A stretch of DNA of 64,000 nucleotides from Candidatus Parcubacteria bacterium (GTDB lineage: Bacteria > Patescibacteriota > Patescibacteriia > Patescibacteriales > UBA12075). Within the stretch, counting starts at the first letter, position 1. Each line of letters begins with the position of its first letter. The notes beneath the pieces were generated by a model that saw only the letters and a list, made by a program, of their open reading frames with translations, did not search any database and had not been told where the DNA came from. Both the position numbers and the translations under genes were made by a program. The stretch covers positions 106,537-170,536 of the forward strand of contig CAWFCE010000002.1 of NCBI GenBank assembly GCA_963814275.1, written 5' to 3'. Below, one piece after another: positions 45,588 to 52,304 of the stretch.

Positions 45588-45767
45588 TAACTCATCGTTG
45601 CGCGAAATATAGTGTTGTGAATTCAATAACGAACGCGGAACATGACCCGCATATCCGCCCTTAACATACGTGACAGCCATACGGCAATTACACGGCCACG
45701 ACCGACACATTTGTGAATTGGCTCAAATACGACCAAGGAGCGCCAACGTTCCTTAAAGGAGGATAAA

Positions 45768-46277
45768 ATGAAAATGAGAATGACCGTCGCCTACGTGATC
45801 CGAGGCCCTAACATATTGTTGGGGTATAAAATCGTCAGGATCGGCAAAGGATTGTACAATGGCTTCGGCGGCCATATCGAGCCAGGCGAAAGCGCCCTGA
45901 ATGCGGCAGGAAGAGAGCTCAAAGAGGAGAGCAATATCATAGCCCTGAACCTTATATATTGCGGGCTGGTCCTGGTTCTATACAAGGATAAGAAAATCGA
46001 AGTCGAGTTGCATTATTTCATTACGAACCATACGAGCGGTTCACCGTATAAGAGTTCCGATGAATTCGATTCGATTAACTGGTTCCGGGCCGATGACCCG
46101 CCCTACGGCCTGATGTGGCCGTCCGACCGCATCATCCTTCCGATCTTCCTGGCCGATAAGCTTGCCTTTGGCCGCATCCTGATGGACCACCCGGAGAAAA
46201 GAAACCTCATCAAACATGACATCAGAATCGTCAATGAATTGCCGGCAGAAATCAACGCCGCGGGTTTCTACCCATGA
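45768..46277 (+). CDS. NUDIX hydrolase
   Basis: Nudix box GFGGHIEPGESALNAAGRELKEESNI; SD AAAGGAGGA upstream. Confidence 0.88.
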   Translation: MKMRMTVAYVIRGPNILLGYKIVRIGKGLYNGFGGHIEPGESALNAAGRELKEESNIIALNLIYCGLVLVLYKDKKIEVELHYFITNHTSGSPYKSSDEFDSINWFRADDPPYGLMWPSDRIILPIFLADKLAFGRILMDHPEKRNLIKHDIRIVNELPAEINAAGFYP

Positions 46278-46438
46278 ATGGATTTTGGGAACAACTAATG
46301 AGGCATAACGTCATAAACGTTCTGCCTCGTTTTATTTTTTTAATTCACGGCCGATCATTGATTTATTACGATTAATATGATTAAATAAATAATTAAAAAC
46401 TTTAAATCAAACCACCAACAAAAATCAGGAGGAAAAAA

Positions 46439-46699
46439 TTGAACAATATACTATATACGTTGATCGTCGGATTGGCAGCGGGTTTTGCGGATAATCTGGT
46501 AAAAAACAGATATGGTGAACCATTAATTTTGCTGGCCAGGGGCTTCATCTTTTTTCTGGTATTTTCCGGCGTATTTATCGGAATATTGATTAGCCGTCAC
46601 AAAACGCCCAAAACAGCAATAGGTAAATGCGTTTATGCCGGTCCGCTATTCTTTGCCGGCTACTTAATCGGCGGCTTGTTTATCAAATTGTTATTTTAA
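46439..46699 (+). CDS. Small membrane protein (TTG start)
   Basis: SD AGGAGG 6 nt before the TTG; three hydrophobic segments. Confidence 0.55.
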   Translation: MNNILYTLIVGLAAGFADNLVKNRYGEPLILLARGFIFFLVFSGVFIGILISRHKTPKTAIGKCVYAGPLFFAGYLIGGLFIKLLF

Positions 46700-46727
46700 A
46701 CAACAAAACAACTACAAGAAAGGAGAG

Positions 46728-47117
46728 GTGGCAATGAATTTGAGATACATATTAATCGGAATCGGTTCGACCATCCCCCGGCTCGGGGGGCCATACACTG
46801 TTACCATCCACGCAATCGAAATATGGGACGTAGACAAACCAGGCGGTAAACCGGTCGAAATTGCGGATGATAGCCAAGCGGGATGGGAGCGGCAACGGGA
46901 GATTCTCGGGCAGAGAAAGGTCGAGTGGGATAATCCCGATTTTACCAACCATCATTATACGCACACTTTTTTGAAAGTGACTGCCCTGGCAGATCTTTAT
47001 TACAGCCAGCAGAAATGCAAAATCCAAATAAACGGCATCTCTCCACGATCGAACGGTTATGGCATCAAAGGTAATGTAGAAGCGGAGATCGAATATCCGC
47101 GCGACTATAGCTCCTAG
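46728..47117 (+). CDS. Hypothetical protein
   Basis: SD AAAGGAGAGGTG before the ATG; terminator hairpin cagccctgtc...gacagggctt at 47142-47160. Confidence 0.6.
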   Translation: MAMNLRYILIGIGSTIPRLGGPYTVTIHAIEIWDVDKPGGKPVEIADDSQAGWERQREILGQRKVEWDNPDFTNHHYTHTFLKVTALADLYYSQQKCKIQINGISPRSNGYGIKGNVEAEIEYPRDYSS

Positions 47118-47235
47118 CAATCCATCAGACTGAAACAGCCCTGTCACCTCGACAGGGCTTTGATTTACGCAAAACCGGCATGATAATTCCAGTACCAATG
47201 ATTGGATCAAAATAATTCAAGAGCTCTGACAAATT

Positions 47236-47484
47236 TTAACGATGAGGGCAGCCGGGCCAGCAACACGGCCGGCGCATTCCTGTCTCAAGTTCTTCTGTCG
47301 TTCTTCTGATTCTGCGCTCCCTGGTTTTTGATTCCTTGGCTGATTCAACCCAGCAAATAAATTCATTTATTGCTAACTGGGTAATACTATCCCAGACTGA
47401 GAGAACTTTTTTATTATTTTTAAGGTTATTTTTCAAGTCTTCCGGCAATTCGTGCACTGTGCCGCCAAATATTTTATTAGTCAT
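47236..47484 (-). CDS. YdeI/OmpD-associated family small protein
   Basis: WVESAKESKTRERRIRRTTEEL and the terminal RRPCCWPGCPHR, as I recall for this family. Confidence 0.6.
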   Translation of the reverse strand: MTNKIFGGTVHELPEDLKNNLKNNKKVLSVWDSITQLAINEFICWVESAKESKTRERRIRRTTEELETGMRRPCCWPGCPHR

Positions 47485-47662
47485 AACTTGTAAATTATAT
47501 TAGATTACAATTATATAAAATAAGCTTAACAAAAAAATTAAATCTAATCTCATCCACAATAAAAAACTGCCTTTTTCTAAAGCAGTTTTTTTATTGCGGA
47601 AGCAAATAGTCGCCATTCTAACCTTTTTTCGCGAAAATACATTGTGCTATATTATTCCAAAG

Positions 47663-48190
47663 TTATAATATACTTTTTTTATATTTCTTTATTAATTTAA
47701 GTAATTGATTGTACTGCCAGTTTTTTTCCTTTAAAATAGCTTTATCAATATTCTTTGGCGTACTTCTGTAAATAGCTTGTAAGGCATAAATTGCAGGTCC
47801 AATAGAATGAGTGTAAACATGGGCAGTGGCCACCGCTTGCCCAGCCGCACGGGCAACAGAGCGGGCTGTATTATCTTCGCCTACATCTCGTGCTGCAGCG
47901 TGGGAGGAGAGTGACGCTTTTCTAATAACTGCCATTTTAAATTTTCCGGTATCAATCCAATTTTGTAACACTTCAAGAGCCTCTCTTGGCCGCTTATCAT
48001 TTGGGTAGTTATTTTCAAAATATGGAAGAACTCTTTTGGCACAATCTAATGCCCAAATTGCTAAAATTTTTTTATCTGTTTTATGTATTAACTTTTCAGT
48101 TCTTTTATCTTTAAAATCTACAAGTGAATATTTTTTTCTTTTTTCAATAATTACTTTTGATGAAATTTTTTTAGTTGTTTTGCTTGTCAT
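47663..48190 (-). CDS. Hypothetical protein resembling the Imm-5-like putative immunity protein family
   Basis: LAIWALDCAKRVLPYFENNYPNDKRPREALEVLQNWIDTG...AARAAGQAVATAHV pattern. The assignment is from memory of the family and is unverified. Confidence 0.55.
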   Translation of the reverse strand: MTSKTTKKISSKVIIEKRKKYSLVDFKDKRTEKLIHKTDKKILAIWALDCAKRVLPYFENNYPNDKRPREALEVLQNWIDTGKFKMAVIRKASLSSHAAARDVGEDNTARSVARAAGQAVATAHVYTHSIGPAIYALQAIYRSTPKNIDKAILKEKNWQYNQLLKLIKKYKKSIL

Positions 48191-48249
48191 AATATTATTG
48201 TACCAAAAAAGCTAGAGTAAGTCATTGGGGGTTAGTAAAAACAACAAAA

Positions 48250-48273
48250 AAGTTGGCTAATTAAAGCCAACTT
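48250..48273 (-). terminator. Intrinsic terminator downstream of the padR-DUF1048 operon
   Basis: aagttggct-aattaa-agccaactt, with a T-run on the minus strand. Confidence 0.6.
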
Positions 48274-48278
48274 GATTT

Positions 48279-48383
48279 GTGCGGGGGCTGGTTGACGATT
48301 TTAGAAATATGGACTGGGTTGATGTTTGGAAAAGCCTTAGGTATTCAGCGAGCAAAAATATGGGAAAGTATATTTCTTTTTAG
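48279..48383 (+). CDS. Candidate 34-aa small protein, paralog A (GTG start; not in the ORF track)
   Basis: VRGLVDDFRNMDWVDVWKSLRYSASKNMGKYISF. Colinear with copy B over 35 codons with no indels. Differences are enriched at third positions. Confidence 0.4.
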   Translation: MRGLVDDFRNMDWVDVWKSLRYSASKNMGKYISF

Positions 48384-48428
48384 AATACGTCATATTCTAT
48401 AATCAGAAACAGTACACTCTATTTTTAA

Positions 48429-48773
48429 CTAATCATCTTTCCCAAGTTTTTTCTTGATGCCGAGGTTTAATTTTTGCCGCCAATTTTCTATGTAGGTTTT
48501 TTCACCTCGCACAAGCTCATCACAAAACGCCGCTACATCGTCGCCGGTAATTTCCAATACAGACTTGTCGTTAGCAGCGGCTTCTTCGAAGAGTTCGACT
48601 ATGCCCTTAAACACTTCTATTGAGCCGAGCCCAGCGCTTTTAAAAAGATAATTCTTCATTTCATCATAGACAATGCGGTACTCACGCGGCAGGGCTTTTG
48701 CTCGCGCCTCTATTGCTTTCCACTCTTTTTTGGCGGATATGTCGCCAATGATTTTTTCTAAAAATTTATTCAT
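48429..48773 (-). CDS. DUF1048-family protein (PadR operon partner)
   Basis: KKEWKAIEARAKALPREYRIVYDEMKNYLF...GDDVAAFCDELV; overlaps padR by 8 nt. Confidence 0.72.
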   Translation of the reverse strand: MNKFLEKIIGDISAKKEWKAIEARAKALPREYRIVYDEMKNYLFKSAGLGSIEVFKGIVELFEEAAANDKSVLEITGDDVAAFCDELVRGEKTYIENWRQKLNLGIKKKLGKDD

Positions 48774-49095
48774 ACGATTTTTCTTTTAAATTATTAATTT
48801 TTGAAGATACAAAATTCCATTTCTTCCAAAATATTTCCAGCTCTTTGCGTCCCGCATTGTTGAGAGTATAGAATTTACGCGGCGGTCCGGCAGTAGAAGG
48901 TTTTTTCTTGATATTTACAAAACTATTTTTTTCGAAGCGCAATAAAATAGTATATACTGTGCCCTCAACAACATCCGTAAAGCCCAGCTGGCGCAGCGAT
49001 GAAGCGATTTTATAGCCATATGTTTCGCCATTGCTGATTATTTCAAGTACGCAGCCTTCGAGAATACCTTTTAGTATTTCTGTAATATTTTTCAT
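48766..49095 (-). CDS. PadR family transcriptional regulator
   Basis: LEGCVLEIISNGETYGYKIASSLRQLGF...EGTVYTILLRFEKNSFV...YTLNNAGRKEL. Confidence 0.88.
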   Translation of the reverse strand: MKNITEILKGILEGCVLEIISNGETYGYKIASSLRQLGFTDVVEGTVYTILLRFEKNSFVNIKKKPSTAGPPRKFYTLNNAGRKELEIFWKKWNFVSSKINNLKEKSYE

Positions 49096-49244
49096 TTTAT
49101 TTCTCTTACTTGCTTGTTATGCTTTGGTATATTGTATTACATACTACTACTATATCGTATCACACAGTAGTTAAGCTGTCAATAGAACAAACCAAAATAA
49201 GCTGAATGGATTCATGCCCCGCCAATAGTCGCGAAAAATCAAAT

Positions 49245-49274
49245 AAAAAATTCCTTAAAGTTAAGGAATTTTTT
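49245..49274. terminator. Symmetric A-run/T-run hairpin; near-identical copy of the tRNA-Asp terminator
   Basis: aaaaaattcctta-aagt-taaggaatttttt. Confidence 0.6.
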
Positions 49275-49285
49275 ATGGAAAATTT

Positions 49286-49390
49286 ATGCGGGGGCTGGTA
49301 GACGATTTCAGAACTATGGATTGGGTTGAGATTTGGGAAGGGCTCAGATATTCAGCTATTAAAAATATGGAAAAGTATATTGCTTTTTAA
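49286..49390 (+). CDS. Candidate 34-aa small protein, paralog B (ATG start; not in the ORF track)
   Basis: MRGLVDDFRTMDWVEIWEGLRYSAIKNMEKYIAF; lies 76 nt upstream of, and co-directional with, the 234-aa ORF. Confidence 0.4.
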   Translation: MRGLVDDFRTMDWVEIWEGLRYSAIKNMEKYIAF

Positions 49391-49466
49391 GAAAATATTT
49401 TTTGCTTTTTTATTATTTTTTTGCTACTTTTTAAATATAATAAATAAAATAATAGTATAAAAATTT

Positions 49467-50171
49467 ATGAAGCTTATTTATAAAATTGATAAAAAATACG
49501 ACAAGGAAATGCTGTTTGAATTTATGCCTGAGGGCAGAACCAGAGAAATCGGACAATTCGCAGAGCTAATGCGCATTGATAAAGATGAGGCTGCTTTTGC
49601 GATTAAAAATCAGGGAAAAGACATCAATAAACTAGTGCCATTTCTAATTGAACAAAAATATAAAAAAATATTACCCTATCTTAAGAACTCAGTAGCAACC
49701 TACCAGTCATCATGGGACAAAATTAATAAACAATTTTCGGAAATGGTTACAAGAAAAACCCAATTCGACTGGAAGCATGAAAAATATTATTGCGTGGTCA
49801 GTGCTTATCACGAGGGCATAAGTTCCTGGGGCGGCAATACGATTGCCAGACGCTGGTCAATCAATTCTGATACGCAAAGACCCGTCACCGCCCATGAACT
49901 TACACTCTCACATTTCTGGACCATAATGGAAAGAAATGATAAAGCCAAAGACTGGACAGAGGATAAAAAGTGGCAATATTCAGAAATATTATCCTGGTGT
50001 CTTTTGGGACTGGATGATGATTTTTATAAATTCTGGCCTTGGCTGCCGCAAAGCCACAGATTTCCGCTCAATCATAATTATCCAGACATTGTTCCTCTAC
50101 AGAAAAAACTACGCTCTATTTATCTAAAACATAAAAACTTCAAATCATTCCTCGAACAGATATTAAAATAA
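49467..50171 (+). CDS. Hypothetical Trp-rich protein
   Basis: 234 aa and AT-rich, with no family I recognise. Convergent with the rSAM gene. Confidence 0.65.
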   Translation: MKLIYKIDKKYDKEMLFEFMPEGRTREIGQFAELMRIDKDEAAFAIKNQGKDINKLVPFLIEQKYKKILPYLKNSVATYQSSWDKINKQFSEMVTRKTQFDWKHEKYYCVVSAYHEGISSWGGNTIARRWSINSDTQRPVTAHELTLSHFWTIMERNDKAKDWTEDKKWQYSEILSWCLLGLDDDFYKFWPWLPQSHRFPLNHNYPDIVPLQKKLRSIYLKHKNFKSFLEQILK

Positions 50172-50172
50172 G

Positions 50173-50206
50173 AAAAAAGGCGTTACCCAGAGGGAACGCC
50201 TTTTTA
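50173..50206. terminator. Bidirectional terminator between the convergent 234-aa ORF and the rSAM gene
   Basis: aaaaaaggcgtt-acccagaggg-aacgccttttt. Confidence 0.65.
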
Positions 50207-50229
50207 TTTTAACTAGATTTTGAAAGATA

Positions 50230-51651
50230 CTACTGCTGATTTTGCCGGATAAAATCCTGAAGTACCCATTCAACCGATTTCTTGGAATGAATACAAAAGA
50301 TATCATCAATTGCCCAAACGCTGCCGTTTCTGATATCCGAACGACATGGACAGCCACCGCCGCAAAGTCCGACCGCGATGCAGTCGTAGCACTGCGGCAT
50401 GGATAATGGCGATCGGTTTGCCCATTCAGCAAAAGTCTTGTCCGTATACGGTGAAAAACCTGTTTTGTATTTTGTAAAATACTTTTTTGAACCCATAAAG
50501 GCTTGACAAGGTCCGACTTCACCGCCAGGCAACGCGACGACTTGCCTGCCGCAAGCAGCGCAATCATTGGGATACACCTTTTTGTTGGTGAAAAACTCCA
50601 CTTTCCGCATCATGCGGTCTTCATAGATACCTTGCTCGCGCAGATACTCAAAGCATTGGATAATTTCATCCGAAGCCTTTTGGGCATACTCCCTGTCGGC
50701 GAATATCTGGTATTCGCTATCCATGAGAATATTGTAGCCAAGGCTTTTTACTTTGAATTTGTCAATCACATACTTGGTGTTCTCGAGCAAATTGTCGACA
50801 TTATGCCAGCCGACAGTGAATGAAATTCCGACATCGTCGACTCCTGCCTCCATCAATCTTGAATAACCATTCCAAGTGGCCTGAAATGTGCCGCCGCCTG
50901 ATTTATATACGCGGCATTGATTGTTTGTTTCAGGCATACCGTCTACGGATAACCCGACGCCAACGCCGTTAGTCTTGATGAACTCGGCTATTTCCCTTGT
51001 TATCAAAGACCCGTTTGTTATCATGCTGATGTCGGTGTTTTTAGGAAGTCTTCCTTCCTTTACCAGTTTGACGATATGCAGCACTGCTTCCTTGAAAGTC
51101 TTTTGGTTCATCAGCGGTTCGCCACCGTAAAAAAGTATCGATTTATTTTTGGACTTTTTGTGATGGCTCCAGTCCGCGAATAAATCAGTTCTCTTTTTTG
51201 CCATAGCGGGCGACATGTGGGAAAACTGATAATCGCCTGGCATGCCATTTTCAACAAAACAATACTTACAGGCAAAATTGCACTCATCGGTAAGAATAAG
51301 GTACAAAAGATTGATAGCTGTGCCTGGAAGATTGTTTTCCTTGCAGTTCCTGATGTCATTCGATTCATCATATTCGACTGGCACCATCATGCCGAAGTCA
51401 ACCAGCCTTTTCAGGAGACGAACAAGGTTTTTCCTGTCTTCTTCCGAGATATCCATCTGCCCTGCAATCATTTTGATTGACTTGCCGTATTTATAATCTT
51501 CGATAATTCCAGAGAATGTCTCTTCCAGAAATACCACTTCCATGCTCAGGGCATGAAACAAGGCATAACTGCTTCCTGCTTTTTTGGGCGGTATGATATG
51601 GCAAAACCGCGAGAATCTGAAAGCGTCCTTATAATAATCTGTCTTTTTCAT
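50230..51651 (-). CDS. Radical SAM/SPASM-domain peptide maturase with an N-terminal RRE-like domain
   Basis: CNFACKYC (CX3CX2C) at aa 125-132. The C-terminal SPASM Cys pattern is CAACGRQ...GPC then CYDCIAVGLCGGGCPC...C. About 110 aa precede the rSAM core. SD AAGGAG 7 nt before the ATG at 51651 (the track start is TTG at 51654). Confidence 0.88.
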   Translation of the reverse strand: MKKTDYYKDAFRFSRFCHIIPPKKAGSSYALFHALSMEVVFLEETFSGIIEDYKYGKSIKMIAGQMDISEEDRKNLVRLLKRLVDFGMMVPVEYDESNDIRNCKENNLPGTAINLLYLILTDECNFACKYCFVENGMPGDYQFSHMSPAMAKKRTDLFADWSHHKKSKNKSILFYGGEPLMNQKTFKEAVLHIVKLVKEGRLPKNTDISMITNGSLITREIAEFIKTNGVGVGLSVDGMPETNNQCRVYKSGGGTFQATWNGYSRLMEAGVDDVGISFTVGWHNVDNLLENTKYVIDKFKVKSLGYNILMDSEYQIFADREYAQKASDEIIQCFEYLREQGIYEDRMMRKVEFFTNKKVYPNDCAACGRQVVALPGGEVGPCQAFMGSKKYFTKYKTGFSPYTDKTFAEWANRSPLSMPQCYDCIAVGLCGGGCPCRSDIRNGSVWAIDDIFCIHSKKSVEWVLQDFIRQNQQ

Positions 51652-51698
51652 CAACTTTCTCCTTTGCTATTTCGTTAATTGCCAAATATATTAAATGA

Positions 51699-51726
51699 GG
51701 CTCGCCCAAAACAAATGAGCGAGCCT
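51699..51726 (-). terminator. Hairpin between the precursor peptide and the maturase (partial terminator/attenuator)
   Basis: Minus strand reads ggctcgc-tcatttgttttg-ggcgagcc followed by tcattt. Confidence 0.45.
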
Positions 51727-51748
51727 TTTTGCGGTTTATATCACACTG

Positions 51749-51901
51749 CTAATACCCGTCGGAACAACTGCAACGGCAGCGGCAGCTTTTTGCGCCGTAA
51801 GCGCCCTTGAATGACTTGAGGTCAATCTTTTTGAGCACTTTTTGGCGGCATTCTGCGCCAGGCACCTTCCAGCGAAACTGGCTTTTGGGGCTCTTCTGCA
51901 T
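51749..51901 (-). CDS. Candidate RiPP precursor peptide, 50 aa, with an alternating-Cys C-terminus (not in the ORF track)
   Basis: Minus strand has AAAGGAGGTGaaaggcaATG. Translation: MQKSPKSQFRWKVPGAECRQKVLKKIDLKSFKGAYGAKSCRCRCSCSDGY, then TAG. It ends 94 nt upstream of the rSAM start. Confidence 0.7.
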   Translation of the reverse strand: MQKSPKSQFRWKVPGAECRQKVLKKIDLKSFKGAYGAKSCRCRCSCSDGY

Positions 51902-51971
51902 TGCCTTTCACCTCCTTTCATTGTTTAATGTGCACAACGTGATATCGCAGATCATTCTGAAATATCGTGTT

Positions 51972-52000
51972 GTATTAAAATATAATTAGAATTTTGTCAA
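51972..52000 (-). promoter_or_regulatory. Candidate sigma70-type promoter of the precursor-maturase cassette
   Basis: Minus strand reads TTGACA, 17 nt, TAATAC. The imperfect inverted repeat acaacgtgatat (51934-51945) / atatcgtgttgt (51962-51973) abuts/overlaps the -10 element. Confidence 0.4.
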
Positions 52001-52047
52001 CCACCAAAAAAAGTTCGAGTCTCTTCCGTTGTCTTAAGAAACTAAAC

Positions 52048-52077
52048 AAAAAATTCCTTAACATTAAGGAATTTTTT
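52048..52077 (-). terminator. Intrinsic terminator of tRNA-Asp
   Basis: aaaaaattcctta-acat-taaggaatttttt. Confidence 0.65.
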
Positions 52078-52088
52078 GTGATAAATTA

Positions 52089-52165
52089 TGGCGGAGCGGA
52101 CGAGACTCGAACTCGCGACCTCTGCCGTGACAGGGCAGCGTTCTAACCAACTGAACTACCGCTCC
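52089..52165 (-). tRNA. tRNA-Asp (anticodon GTC), CCA encoded
   Basis: GGAGCGG acceptor, anticodon loop CCTGTCAC, T-loop GAGTTCGAGTCTC, 3' GCCA. Confidence 0.9.
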
Positions 52166-52304
52166 GAATCTAACAATTGACTATTAACAGTTAACAACTA
52201 ATTAGTAGGCAAAAAAGAAAGATAGTCGTTTCCTGACTATCGTTTAAAATACTAACATATTAGCCGAAATCCGTCAATATTATTTAATGGTTAATATTTA
52301 ATTA

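Noticed and set aside
48280-48310. The 105-nt units as degenerate tRNA genes (tgcgggggctgg resembles a tRNA 3' end in reverse complement)
   Set aside because: No acceptor partner, T-arm or anticodon arm can be folded. Similarity to tRNA-Asp is limited to about 12 of 22 positions after the shared flank.
50163-50567. 134-aa minus-strand ORF overlapping the 3' end of the rSAM gene
   Set aside because: It is an out-of-frame overlap with a gene that has clear family motifs. Its sequence is low-information and it has no SD.
51736-51921. 61-aa ORF in the track (MKGGERQCRRAPKASF...) upstream of the rSAM gene
   Set aside because: Its ATG lies inside the AAAGGAGGTG Shine-Dalgarno sequence and it has no SD of its own. 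The +1 frame ORF at 51749-51901 has ideal SD spacing and a Cys-rich C-terminus, so I call that one instead.
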